Shown one piece after another: positions 43,690-57,140 of a stretch of DNA of 64,000 bases. The stretch is from the human T2T-CHM13v2.0 reference genome, Homo sapiens. The stretch lies in assembly GCF_009914755.1 (NCBI RefSeq), contig NC_060940.1; one strand, given 5' to 3'. The number at the start of each line of letters is the position of its first letter. The stretch's first letter is position 1. A program made the translations under genes and the position numbers. The notes beneath the pieces are model-generated. The model was not told where the DNA came from. It searched no databases and worked only from the letters and a program-made list of their open reading frames with translations.

Positions 43690-43780
43690 CTCAGCTGCCA
43701 GGCCCTCTCTCTTCTGCAGGAGCTGGCTTTGAAGGCTTGGGATTCTTGCATCTCGCTATTCCAGCTGTAAAGAGTTTACA
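43690..43780 (-). pseudogene. FHAD1-like exon remnant
   Basis: VNSLQLE*RDARIPSLQSQLLQKREGLAAE then gtatgg donor, vs [22 protein letters not shown]. In-frame TAG present. Confidence 0.6.
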
Positions 43781-43842
43781 TAGGGAGGGAGCAAGGAAGG
43801 ATCATGAATGTCAACCAATGAGCAATTAGCATGACAAGACTA

Positions 43843-44054
43843 AAGTATTGATCCCCTAAAGCTCCCTGCACTGCTGTAGCCCCAGAGGTAGAGCGGCTCC
43901 CTTGTCACTAACTCCGATAGTGCATTTCGGAAGCCTGTATTGTAGGACTGGCTACTTTTTGTATCCCCGATCCCCTTCTCAGGGCAGGGGAGTATGGCAC
44001 CTTCAGGCTGCCCATCTGCAGCTATCAGAGTAGTCTCCATCCCTGGGCAGAAAG
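43843..44054 (-). pseudogene. FHAD1-like exon remnant
   Basis: Acceptor ctcttctctgcag. EKGIGDTKSSQSYNTGFRNALSELVTRE vs [29 protein letters not shown]. Shifted frame LQQCREL*GINTL vs LKNEGENLKRDNAI. Confidence 0.55.
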
Positions 44055-44109
44055 CTGCAGAGAAGAGCATAAAGAATGTAAAGATTTTGGCTGTCCTACT
44101 TTATTCATT

Positions 44110-44270
44110 TTTTTAAAATGCGGCTCCCTCCTGATGGCACCAGGCATTTCTAACTATTGATTGGAAAAGGGCTAGGGTGAAATCCTGGCCTGACAGCTGG
44201 GGCTGGAACTACTGTGGTTTTCCATTCTGCGTGGTCAGAGGCAAAGTGACTTTCACAATACCAACTTCCG
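44110..44270 (-). pseudogene. FHAD1-like exon remnant
   Basis: VTLPLTTQNGKPQ*FQPQLSGQDFTLALFQSIV vs [33 protein letters not shown]. Confidence 0.45.
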
Positions 44271-44495
44271 GCCAATCCAAATACACACTTACTGTGCACA
44301 TAGTACTCATTTTAGTCAGTAAGGGTCAAGAAGGGAGAGGGAAAGACGTTGTTTCACTGAAGAGACAACCTTATTCCTAGGTGTAAGGCTATCATACATC
44401 GAAAGAGAAAATGAAGGAATTTTCAACTTAGCAGACATGGTGTTCAAATAACACTAGCCAGGTGAAATATTACCTCTGTAAGGTTCTTCATTCTT

Positions 44496-44582
44496 GCCAT
44501 TGATTCCCACCTTTGTTACTCTCAGCTATAGGCACACTCGCCATTGATTCCCTCCTTTGTTACCCTCAGCTATAGGAACACT
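44496..44582. repeat. 44-bp tandem duplication
   Basis: gccattgattccc(a/t)cctttgttac(t/c)ctcagctatagg(c/a)acact, two copies. Confidence 0.9.
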
Positions 44583-44810
44583 AACCTTTCATCATTTTTT
44601 CTACTTTTTCCCCTATCCATCCCATGTCTTTACAAATTTATTTCTTAAGTTGCCCTCCTAATTTCTTTTCATACCCTTCTTTAAGGACCCCCTAGCACTC
44701 CATCTCCTTCATGAAATCTCCCAAGCAGTGGTAATTATTCATTCCTGCGTGAGCTTCTACTTGTGCCAAAAACTTCTCTAGCAGTGGGGATATCATAATG
44801 AACAATATGG

Positions 44811-44883
44811 TATGGTCAATATACTTAAAGATATGGTCATTATACTTAACATATGGTCATTATACTTAAAGATATGGTCATTA
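44811..44883. repeat. ~21-bp minisatellite, about 3.5 copies
   Basis: tatggtcattatacttaa(aga/ca) units. Confidence 0.9.
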
Positions 44884-45069
44884 TGGCCATTGTATTTAAA
44901 GAGTTTACAGACTAAATGAATAATGAGCCATTCATTGATAGCAAAACCATCCATCCACCCACCCACCCACCCAACCACCCAGCCAGCCATCTATTCATTG
45001 ATACATTCAATTTGTGCTTATCAAGAACTTCCTATTACCAGGAACTATTCTTTGCTAAAAATAAGATGG

Positions 45070-46800
45070 TGTGGCAGAGACTTGAATGCCTGCTGATAAT
45101 CATTTTCTCCTCTTCTTCCCAGGCTCACAGATAATCTGTATTTCCCAGCTCTTTTACAATGGGGCCTTATGACTGAGCTCTGGCCAATGGAATGTAGGTG
45201 GGAGAGATGCATGCCTGGCCTGGCTCATAGAAACCTTCCTCATGGCCCTTCCTTCTCCTCTCTTCCAATGTGACTCTTGACGGTGACATGCTGAAGATGG
45301 GCGTGCAACCTGGGTCTTTGGGGATCCAGTTGGAGAAGAGTGCCCTGATCCACTTTGGACTATGGTGAAAGGAATCCAATTTTAATGTTGTTAAACAGCT
45401 GAGATTTTAGGATTGTTTATGTTAGTGTGAGTGTAGAAGCTAATGTTACTTTTACTAACAAAAACACAAAGCAAAAACAGATGTAGCCCCTGCCTTCACA
45501 GAGCCTGAAGCCCAGTGGGTGAAAGAGACATTAATAAAATAACTACAAAAATAAAAGTAAAAACACAATTGTGATAAGTATAATAAAGGATAGGTATCTG
45601 AGGAAACAAACACATGAGCCAGAGGAAACTCAACCTAGACAACTGTCATGATGCAATTATGTTGAGATATGAAGGGTGAGTCCTGAGAGAACACAGGGGT
45701 GTTCCACTAAGAAGGAACAGAATGTGGGAAGTTGATATGGTAAGGAGGAGTAAGGTACATTCCAGAAACCAAAAAACCCCAGTATGAGTAGAACACAGAG
45801 AATGAGAAGGATATGATGCAACGTGAGACTGGAGAAACAGGTATGGACCCAACCATTCAAGGCCTTATAGATTATAGATTTCAGTGTCTGTCCTAAGATC
45901 AATGGGGAGCCATTCAAGAGTTTTATGCAAGGCTGGTGACAAAATCTTATATTTTAGACAGGTCTCTTTGGCTGCAAGCCTGAAGAATGAATTGGTAGTT
46001 CTATCTCCAGCCATATGGTGGCTATGCCAGATAACTCAAAAACCCTTCCACCAGAAAGTTAAGATATTTTGAATAAAATGGAACACACATTAAGTATAGG
46101 GCTAAGCTTGCAAGTAGAAAACTCCCCAAATGCCAGGTCCAAAGAGGGAACTGAAACAAAATCAGTAAGCTGTGGGATGTGTATCTGCCTTGAGGAGCAC
46201 TGCTCAGGCTCAGTGACTACAGGGATTAGGTTTTAGTACTCACATGGGGACAAGGGTCCATGAAAATTAGCAAGGGGAAACTGAATCCTCACATAAAACT
46301 AGACCCTTAAAAAGATGGCCTAAGGGGCAAAAAATCCATCTATTGTCACAACAATGCTTGTCTTTTCATGGTGCATAGGAAGGAAACAAGTGTCCTTTGA
46401 GAATCTGTGACTATGCTTTACAAGGTAAGGGGATTTATAGTTACTATCTACCAAATTGAGAAACCTCTAAGCTGAAAAATTAAAATCAAACTTAGTCTCA
46501 GGCCAGGAATATCCCTGTGGCATTTGGCAGGAGCAAACCCAAAATGCTCTGGAGAGCCACATTTTCACAGAGGGCACCTAGAATTCCTGTAAATAAAGCC
46601 CTGTTGAGGATGTACCCACACATTACAAACTAAAGACCAAGAGTGAATGTAGATAAAGCAAATAGCAGATTTATACCTTTGAGAACTTCAGGTGACAGAA
46701 CAATCTGGTAGAAACTGCAAATAAGTATGCTTAAAATGATTAAAGACATAAAGAAAAGTGTCATGCAAAAATAGCAAAGCGTTTTGGAAAAAAAAAAGAG
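45070..46800. mobile_element. Mosaic of MLT1 LTR (about 45070-45460), L2 (about 45470-45990) and old L1 (about 46000-46800)
   Basis: tctggccaatggaatgtaggtgggag (MLT1), aatggggagccattcaagagtttt (L2), A-rich L1-like 5'/ORF1 sequence. Confidence 0.6.
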
Positions 46801-46834
46801 AATAAACTAGAGGAGGATAAAAACCATGCATTCA

Positions 46835-47155
<321 letters not shown>

Positions 47156-47344
47156 AGAATACAACTTCTTCCCAAATGTGTAGGACTCCTGGTATGATAT
47201 CAGGATTTAGGAAGCAATCATACTTTTTTCTTTTCTCTCTTTCTGTTAAATATGTTATTTATATGGGACAAATCTCTCACTTGCTCTGTCAGTGACATCA
47301 AATATATAAGGGCATAATGACGGCTCCAAAGCAAGAAACATTTT

Positions 47345-47564
47345 CCATATTTAAAACTGATGATCAGCTCATAAGACATTCTCTCTGTTATGATTGTTCC
47401 AATGTCTCATAAAGGAAAATATCATCTCAGTGTGATTTCTTTGCTTCTTTGCACTGTTCAGCTCAATGTTCTCTTTCCAGCTGGGCACAAATTGAGGACA
47501 CTGGCCTTTTCAATGGTGGGCAAAAAGCCATAATGGGAGGGAGGTGGCAAGCATCAAAGGAAAG
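47345..47564 (-). pseudogene. FHAD1-like remnant: C-terminal part of FHA domain
   Basis: Acceptor cttattttgag. Frameshifted segments EITLR/DDIF...MSYELII (47359-47379) vs [23 protein letters not shown]. Confidence 0.5.
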
Positions 47565-48184
47565 CTCAAAATAAGGAAGGCTCGTTATTTTATCAGAAAC
47601 TAGTTTTTCTTGTTACTGTTTCAAAAATTATTCTCAGGCCTCACAAAATAACTGAGAATAAGTAATGTACTAACATTAAGAGTTACCCAGTCAGCCTGAG
47701 CTGGTGCTCTGGATGGACCAAATGCTAGAATATTTCTTTACAGACCCAGGCTAAAGTTGTAGTGAGGGTTTTTGGTAGTGGAGAGACTTAGATGGAACTA
47801 GATGATTCCAAGCTCAGCTGGAATCAGGTCAGTTTCATTCACTTGTGTCTTTTGAGACATTTATCACCATCACCATCATCATTATCTTTTATTGAAGTTC
47901 AACTATCTGCCAGACCACATGTTATTTCATCTTATTGTCAGAAAACCTCTGCAGAGTGGGCACTAATATCCCCACTTCTTGGATGAAAGATAAAGAAAAA
48001 TGAAATGACCCAAATATTCTCATCTTATATTAAAACCAGGGATAGGATAAATGCCCTTAGCCCTCCTTAGCAGGTTTAAATAGAGACAAAGTCATTCAGA
48101 GCCCTAAGAAGAGCAGGTGCTAATAGAGAACTTCTTTCTTTGCATGGCTTCAAAGCAAGTTGTTCTAAGCAGCCAAAATGAGGT

Positions 48185-48320
48185 AACTGAGCTCAACCAC
48201 ATTCATCTGTCTTCCAGCAGTGAATGCAGATTTACCAGGTAGGAGACAGATACTTGAGACAATAACGATTTGCAAAATTTGGTGTATCCAGTGGGGCTGC
48301 TTTCAATCAGGGCTGCTGAT
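48185..48320 (-). pseudogene. FHAD1-like remnant: possible start of FHA domain
   Basis: LLPGKSAFTAGRQMNVVEL resembles VLNKSTTIGRHENSDLVL (FHA GR motif). Splice sites are not clear. Confidence 0.35.
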
Positions 48321-48359
48321 GAAAAGGTCAGGTTATCTGAGCCCCACTTATTTCTTCCC

Positions 48360-48850
48360 CACTCTAACATCCCACCTATTCACAGAATCTGCTTGTTGTT
48401 CCTCCAGATGTGTCCTGGTCTATTCACATCCCACCACCCCAAGACCATCCTGTTCCAAGCCACCATCAATCATAGCATGTCCCAGAAGCCTGCTAAAGGG
48501 CCTTCCTGCCTCCACTTTGCACCTTACAATCAGCCCTCCCCACAGCAGCCAGCTCCATCTTTTACACTGAAATCAGATAATGCCACTCCCTCACTCAAAA
48601 CCCTCCAAGGGCTTCCCATTGCACTTTGACTAAAATCCCACCTCTTTGTCAAGGTCTACCCAGCAAGGTCTACCCCACCTCTTGTCCTTTAGGTGTTTGC
48701 TCAAATACCATTTTCTCAGAGACTACGCACCTCAGAGGCAGTCCCCATCACCTTACCCTGTATGTTATCTTGCTTTTGAACAGTAGATCTCAATGACCAA
48801 GCACAGTGCCAAGCACAAGGACACTAAGTAATATTTATAAGAATGAATAA
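48360..48850 (+). mobile_element. L2 fragment
   Basis: ctcaaaaccctccaagggcttcccattgcac...gaatgaataa 3' end. Confidence 0.75.
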
Positions 48851-49395
48851 GTGAATTCCATATCTTCATTGACATCCATGACTTCTGAGACAGAAGAAAT
48901 GAGACACCTGAGGACTAAGAAAACTTACTATTAATTGGTCTGCCCTGGAAAGAAAGTATTTGACCTGTTGTCTCAAGATAGATAATTTATGTAAGGAAAT
49001 CAGAATAAATACTATTTTTTATGTGTAACTATGGGTGAAATTCAACTGATACAAATAAAAGTCTGGACTAGTAACTATTTTAGCTTACTATTTATGAAGT
49101 TGCAGTATTTATAATTACGTTTATATCAATATAGTATTTTCTACTTTCAAAAGCGCTTGATTAAAAACAACTTTATGAAGGATACAGATATTATTCTCTG
49201 CATTTTACCGATTTTAAAAAGTGCTAACAGTACTATAGCCAGTGAGTATCAGGTCACAATATGGCCTGGCAAAACTGAAGGCCCAAAGACTAACCTTATG
49301 AGGATATTTTCACTTATGTCACACTGGGAAAAGGACAGATAGGATACACAGAGGAAAGACTTTTGTTTAGGGTGGTATATGATGTTTCTGTAGGG

Positions 49396-49798
49396 TGGTG
49401 TATTTGTTTCCTAGGGTTGTCATAACAAATTACCACAAACTGGATGGCTTGAAACAACAGAAATGTGCTTTCTTACAGTTTAAGAGGCTAGATGTCCAGA
49501 ATCAAGGTGTTGGCAGAGCTATGCTCTCTCTGAAGGCTTTAGGGGAGGATTTTTCCCTGCCTCTTCCATCTTCTGGTGGCTCCCGAAATTCTTGGCATTT
49601 CTTGGCTTGTGGCAACATCACTGTAGTCTCCGCGTGTCCTTTCTTCTTCTTATAAGGATATCAGCAGTCAGATCTAGGACCCATCCACATCCAGTATGAT
49701 CTTATCTTAACCAATTACATCTGCAAAGACCAAATAAGATCACATTCTGAGATTCTGGGTGGACAAGAATTTTGGGGGGACATTATTCAACCCACTAC
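49396..49798 (-). mobile_element. MLT1B/C LTR
   Basis: cataacaaattaccacaaactggatggcttgaaacaacag...gacattattcaacccactaca. Confidence 0.85.
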
Positions 49799-50859
49799 AG
49801 ATGGGCAGTATGAAACTGTAAACATCACCTTCCTGTTCATCCTCAGTTTCTGTGTGTTCTTTAAAAGAACAGGGATCCTATATATTTTCTCCTTGCATTT
49901 TGTTCTCTCCCCTGCCTGTGACTCATACTCACTGGCTCTTATTCCTGTCTCTTCCCCTTCCAGTAATATTTCTGTAACATTCTGTATGGATGAATCACAC
50001 ACACATGCACATTATGAATCCATGCAACAGTACAACTTGGTTTTCATTAGAAACTTTTCTAGGATATGGATTCCAATGATGTTCCAAAAATCAGATAATT
50101 AAATTCTAGCTAGAAGCATAATAGCTCTTAGGCAGAAGAGCAGCCAGTGATTACAGGCTGTGGTAAAGGAAGTCTGGAGGAACAGTTCATCAATAGCTGA
50201 GTCATAGGGTTCCTATGATTGTTTCAATGAAGCATTTAAGGTTTATAGTCTTTATGATAGTCTTTCTCATGCCAAAGGAAAGTATACTTAAAAGATAATG
50301 ACTTATTTTAGAATCTCTTAGTACTAAGCCGTTTTGAGCTCCATTTCACAAGCTCTATTTCAAGTGAATGTTTACATAGTGTTCATAGCTATGGTCTTCA
50401 TATTGTAGCATCATATGTTCATAGATATTGTGGTCTTTGACAATCTCTCCTGTTATCTATTTCATTTTCCTTCCCTGGTTACAAGGAAAGCTCATACCTA
50501 TAAATAATCATTTATGTTTTCTTTTCTCTGCTTGCAGTTTTGACTAGCTTATTGTCTCACTGAATATGGCTCTATTCAGTTCCTACTGATATGAAGAGAC
50601 TATCGCTAAAGATTTTTTTTAACCTATCAGAGGAAGTTCCTGGATCTCTGGCCTTAAAATCCTGTCTCTATTTATTCTTGAAGAAAAAAATTAGAAAGAA
50701 AACATGATATTATGCCTTGCACATAGTAGGAATTCAATCAATATTTATTTCATTTGGAAATTGACAGCAATATTTTGATTTAAGTTGTACTAGACGAATA
50801 AATACAAATGGCATTCACTTGATGATGGCAAAATGGTGCCGGGACAACATCCAACAATG

Positions 50860-52040
50860 CATCAAATGTTCCACAATAAATTCAGATAAATAAAAATACT
50901 ACAAATAGGCCCATAAAATTACTAGAAGAAATAATGAGAGAATTTTTTAAAATAATGTTGGATAGAAGTCTTTTCTAAATATAACACACAACCCAGAAGT
51001 CAAAACATAAGGATTTATAAATTCATCATCATAAAACTAAAACAAATTTCTATATGAAAAAAATCATCATAAGTAAACAGAAAAATGACAAACCAGGAAA
51101 AATTTATAATTCATATAACAGACAAAGGGCTAATTTCTATAACATATGTATAAGAAGCTCCTATAAATCAATATATAAAAGTCTAATAACCTAATGGAAA
51201 ACAGGGAAATAGTTTATAGGAAAAGAAATAAAATTACTTTTAATCATATTAAGGAAACAATCTCACTCACAGTAAGAGAAACACAAATTAACTCCACACT
51301 GAGATACCGTTTTGTATTTAATATATTTGCAAAACCCCCAAACTATTGATAATACAATGAACTTGTGAAGGTGTGGTAAAATAGGTTTATTTCATACATT
51401 AATGGTGGAAGTGGAAAGTGGCACAAACTCTATGGAATGCAATTTTCCAAGACCCACTAAAATTACATGCAGCTACCCTTTTACCTAGCAAGTCCAGTTC
51501 TATGAATTTATCCTACAGATATGCCTGCACGCATGTAAAATGGCACATGTAGAAGGCTACTCATTGCAGTTTTGTAATGAAAAAAGATTAGAAACTACTT
51601 AAATGGCCATCAGTAGGATGCTGGTTACATTAACAATGGTTTGTCCACACAACGGGATATCATGAAGCTATGAAAACGTTGAGTATTCTCCTAAACAGAA
51701 ATTCTTTCTTTGTAACCATTGCAGGAAAATAAAATAATGACAGGAGGGGTCCAGAAAGGTCTTAATATCTATGAACAGAATACATTGTAAAATGAAAAAA
51801 AAAAAAGGTGGAGAACAGGTTGCGTAGGGTGCTGTTTGTGTAAAATTGGACAGAGGAGCATACACATGTATTAGTATTTGTTCGTATATGTATGGAATAT
51901 CTAAAAGAGTACACAAAAACTGACAACATGCCTTGCCTTTGGGAAAGGGAATAAGGTGGGTAGAAACAGGATTTTCACTGTGATCCTTTTGTACTTTGCT
52001 TTTTGAACTCTAAGGATATATTCTCTATTTAATAAATAAA
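50860..52040 (+). mobile_element. Old L1 (L1ME-like) ORF2 end/3'UTR
   Basis: A-rich degraded ORF2 motifs such as gacaaagggctaatttc and ccacactgagatac. Confidence 0.75.
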
Positions 52041-52849
52041 CATATTTTAAAAATAGCTCTTACACATAGACATACCCATAACCACACATACATCCAGATC
52101 AAACTTCATTTGCTAATCAGACCTCAGACTCAGAAAGATGAATAAATCCTTGGCACATGAGGTTCTCGGCAACATTATCAGGCTACTGGGCTTTGGGAGT
52201 TACTGACATATTGACACCTGCGCTATAATTAGGGTAAGTGGAACTCACCAGTCAAACATACTCGTCTTCTGAGTTCCTAGCACATGCCAGGCACATTTGT
52301 TGAATTCAAAAACAAAAAAAATGAAGGATAAAATACAGTTTTAACAGCAAATGGCCTTTGTGGATAATCCCAAACTATTAGTAAAGTAAAAATAATCATA
52401 GTTGTTATGCCCAATAAGTCTGGAGACTTGACTTCCAACACTGGGCTGTCTGTTCACTGCATTACTAGTAAATAGGGAGCCTGGACTAGATCATTTCTAA
52501 TGCTCCCCCCAATTACATTTCTCCTTGAAGTATCCTAATTGCAGCATTCTTTACAAGAGTGAATGACCAATCTCTTCATATAGGGTTATGTCTAGGTCTT
52601 CAGCTTCTTAGACCTGGAAAGACCTCAGTGTGTTCCCTAGGATCTCAGTCTGACACCTTTCCTCTTTGCCTTCAAATAGACACAAGTCTTCCTGTTACCC
52701 CAAAAAACCTTCGCTTGAGCCAATGGTCCACTTTGCTATCCTTCTATATCGCTCTTCCTTTTCTCTGTCAAATTTCTCAAGTATGGGAAATTATACTTGC
52801 TTCTCCCATGATTTAAATTGACTGATACTTCTATCTGTCTCTCTCCCTT

Positions 52850-53620
52850 ATTGGGGTAAAATTCGCATAAGATACAATTAACCATTTTAATGTACAATTT
52901 AGGGGCATTAGTACATTCACAATGTTGTCCAGTTATCACCTCTATCTAGTTCCAAAACATTTCATCATCCTTCAAAGGAGGCCTTGCACCTATTAAGCAG
53001 TTATTCTCTGTTCCCCCTCCTCCCCCCAGACACTGGCAACCACTAATCTACTTTCTGTCTTTATGGATTTGCCTATTCTGTATATTTCATGTAAATGGAA
53101 TCATACCTATGCAACCCTTGGTGTCTGGATTCTTTTGAGGTTCATCCATATTATAACAGGGGTGTCCAATCTTTTGGCTTCCCTGGGCCACACTGGAAGA
53201 AGAATTGTCTTGGGCTACACACAAAATACACTAACCCTAACGATAGCCGATAAGCTAAAAAAAAATTGCAAAAAAACTCATAATGTTTTAAGAAGTTCAT
53301 GAATTTGTGTTGGACCACATTCAAAGCCAACCTGGGCCACATGCGGTCTTCAGGTTGCATATTGGACAAGCTTGTGGGGACTTCTTTCTTTTTCATAGCC
53401 GAATAGTTCATTGAACAGATGTACTACATTTTGTTTACCCATTCATTCCATTGATGGGCATCTGGGTTGTTTCCACCTTTTGGCCATTGCAAATAGTGCT
53501 GCTATGAACATTTGTGTACACATATTTGGTAAATCTGTTTTCAATTATTTGGGGTATATACCTAAGGAAGGGGATTTCTGGGTCACATGGTAATCCTATG
53601 TTTAACTTTTTGAAAACTTT
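52850..53620 (-). mobile_element. L1MB-like fragment with MER30 inserted at 53157-53374
   Basis: MER30 ends caggggtgtccaatcttttggcttccctggg and ttggacaagcttg lie inside antisense L1 3' sequence. Confidence 0.85.
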
Positions 53621-54059
53621 TTGTGTCTCTTTTTGAAGCAGTTTTCTCAGGCTCAGGGTGCAGACATTCATGACAGGCTCTTTCAATCAACAAATATTTA
53701 TTAAGTGTCTACCAAGGGACAGGCCCTTTGCTCAGAAGTTGGGGGATTCAAAGGTGAGCAAGATAGTCTCTTCATTGAAGGGCCTCAGGGTCTGGCAAAA
53801 AGAAGTAGATGGGGAAAAAATAAAACACAAACTGGGTCATGTGTTTCCAACAACAAAAACCCTCCAGAGACTTACCATGGCAACCATAAGAAAACCTAAA
53901 TTCCTTACTAGAGTCTTCAAGGCTCTGTCTATGCAGGTGACCTTATGCAGTCTTCATGTGGGAAAAACTCTGCTTGCTCACTGCTGTACCTTAGAACCTA
54001 GAAGAGTAGCCCCTTCATGAATATTTGTAAAACATAAATCAATACAGAAATAGGTGAAT

Positions 54060-54945
54060 GCCCCTCTGTTCTCCCCCTTGGCCTCTAAGCTCTAGCCTTT
54101 GTTCTGTGCCTTGAATGTGCCAACTCATTCCTTTCTCAGGGCCTTTGCACACGTTAGTCCTTCTACTTGGAATGCTGGTCCCCAGATCTTCACATGGCTG
54201 TTTCCTTCTCATCATTCAGGGCCCCCTGACCACCTTAGCTCAGAGACACATCCAACTTCATGCACTTAAACATTATCCCATCTTATTTTTTTCACTGAAC
54301 TTATCCATTCCTGAACATGCTTATTTCTTACTCTCTCTCCAAATTTAGCTCCTGTTTATATCATTTGCTGCCACATCACCTATACCTGGCACATATTAGG
54401 TGATTAATAAATATTTGCTGACTGATGAATAATTGCACTACAGTGGTGTCAGATGCTTACATTATGGTATGTACAAAGCCCAGTGTTGGCTCCAAGGAGG
54501 GGGTGAGCCAGGAGGAATCCTGGGAACTGAGCTTCCAGTTTTCTACCTCTGTGTCCACCTTCAAAGCTTCTCCAATTATCTCTATGCCCCAAACACACCT
54601 CTGTCCCATGCATACTCCTATATTTCTGACTACTTACTGGACATCTCCAAATTATCATTCCCTAGCCCCAACAAACTGAATTTTTTCCTGCAAACTTAGG
54701 ATCTGATGGCCTGCTTTGACATTTTCTTTAGCTGTGACATCAAACCATCAAAACACCAGTTCCAAAATAACTTAAAGAGTATGATTGAATTGTTTGTAAC
54801 ACAAAGGATAAATACTTTAGGGGATGGATACCCCATTCCCCATGACATGCTTATTTCATATTGCATGTCTGTATCAAAACAGCCCATATATCCCATACAT
54901 ACACACACCTACTACATACCCACAAAAATTAAAAAAAAATTAAAA
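54060..54945 (+). mobile_element. L2 fragment (about 54060-54430) and L1MA 3' end (about 54765-54945)
   Basis: ctcagggcctttgcacac (L2) and gtaacacaaaggataaat..ggggatggataccccatt (L1MA). Confidence 0.75.
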
Positions 54946-55797
54946 CTAGAAAAACAACAAAACTCCAAAACCATCAGTTCCTTCAATACTTCTAGTCTTA
55001 TCTTCCATTACCCAAGAGAACCAATAGAGTTAGCCAGATCCCAAACACACTAGAAATAGCATGTTGTGATTTCCAAGTATGGCCTTTCCTTTGCTATTGC
55101 CTATCCAAAGTTTTCTAACACCTATATGGGGCCTTAGCTAACTGTTCCAGTCCACATTTATTTGGCCTTCATGGGACCTCCTAAAGCCCATAATATCTGT
55201 GCCTTTCATTTTGGTATTTAATAAACATGACCTTGTTTAAATACAAATACTTCACTCATTTACTCCAAAGAACAGAAAATTCTTGAAATATAGGCTGTTT
55301 AAAATCTCCTTAATAATATCCACAGCCTCTCACACCGAGCTATATGCACACAGTACACACATAGGCAGTATCTTAATGAGTAAACAAATATGAATATTGA
55401 GAAACAATGAGAAAATTAATCATGGGTGAGGAAAAGATTTCCAGAGAGGCTAAAAGTAGAGATGACTTGTATCTTTGCTTTCTATAAATCCTTCTTGCAG
55501 TAGTTCTCAATCCTGACTCCATGTTAGAATCACGAGGAAATCTTTACCAATGGTAGGGCCCTATTCCTGGAGATTCTAATTTAGCTGGTTTTGTTTGGAG
55601 CTCTGGAGTTTTTTTCCAGAATCCATCATGATTTATAAAATGTTAATTATATATTTCCATGGGTGCTTTCTTTTTTTCTTGAGTTTGTGGGTTTTATGTA
55701 TGACAAACTATATGTCTGTCACAGTAAAGCAGGGGTACTAATGAAATGTGAACTTTCAGTTTAGAACAACCTCAAGATGAAGTGTTCGGGGAAAACA

Positions 55798-57140
55798 GTT
55801 CTATGGTCTGAATATTTGTGTCACTCTAAAATTCATGTGTTAAAACTTAGCAGCGCTATGGTGTGGGGAGCTGGGGGCTTGGAGAGGTGATTAGGTCATG
55901 AGGGCAGAACGCTCACAGATGGGATTATTGACCTAATAAAAGAGGCCCCAGAGAGCTGCCTTGCCCCTTCCACTATGTGAAGACACAGTGAGAAGGTACC
56001 ACCTATGAACCAGGAAACATGCCTTTACCAGACACTGAATCTGCTGACATTTTGATCTTGGACTTCCCAGCCTCCAGAATTATGAGAAATAAATTGCTGT
56101 TGTTTATAAGCTACTCTGTTTATGGTATCTCGTTATAACAGCCCAAATAGACTAAGACAGAGAATGAAATATCCACTGATAATATTGAAACTAAACATAC
56201 AGAAGAGGTGGCAGACACTATTTGTTTGTCATTCAACAACCATTACAGCTCTTCTTCTTTGCTAACAAAACTCAGACTTTGTTCAAATGGTAATGTGTCC
56301 AGCCTCAGGGGATGGATCACAATTGGCCTGGGACCATTTGGCAATCTATGCCTCTTTGTTTGATACTTACCTTTCTAGCTCCTTGAAACTAAGGTAACCA
56401 TGTGACAGAGTCCCTGCCAATGATATTTATGTGTAAGTCTATTGACTTACTGGGAAATAGTTTGCTTTCTAAAAACGAGGCTGGGCTTGTGTATGTCTTG
56501 TTTCCCTTCCTGATTAGAGACTTCATCAGCATTACCAAAAGCAAAAGCACAGGGACAAAAAGCCAATATACTGAAGATGACACGACAGAAGGAGGAAAAG
56601 GTTTTGAGTTTCTGATAATATTGTTGTGTCTCTGGAACTACCAACCTTCTAACATCTTACTATCTGAGATTAAATGTCTTTATTACATACTCAACTAATA
56701 GATGTTAAGTTTTCTGTTATTTTCTGCAAAAAGCATTCTCAACTGTCTGAGTCTGCTCATGCAAAATACCATAAGCAAAATATCATAAACCGGGTGGCTT
56801 AAACAACAGAAATTTTCTCACAGTTCTGGAGGCTAGAAGTCCAAGATCAAAGTTCAGTAGGGTTGGTTCCCAGTGAGAGCATCCTGGTTTTCAGACGGCC
56901 GCCTTCTCCACCGAGTCCTCACATGATCTTTCCTCAGTACATGCCTGTGCATCAGGAAAGAGCAAGCTTTCCGAGGTCTTTTTTTTATAAGGACATGAAT
57001 CCTATAATGAGGGTCCCAATCACACGACCTCATCTACTCCTGATTACTTCCTAAATGCCCTGTTTTCAAGAACCATTAAATTGGGGCTTAAGGCTTCATC
57101 ATATGAGTTTTGTAGGCGACACAATCAGTCCCTACACCAA
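55798..57140. mobile_element. MaLR LTR cluster: MLT1A/MST (55798-56158, +), old MLT1 (about 56205-56740), MLT1A/MST (about 56745-57140, -)
   Basis: ctatggtctgaat...gactaagaca and ggcttaaacaacagaaatt..tcacagttctggaggctagaagtccaagatcaa. Confidence 0.8.

Noticed and set aside
44496-44883. Short direct repeats as a CRISPR-like array
   Set aside because: These are head-to-tail tandem copies with no spacers in a mammalian context.
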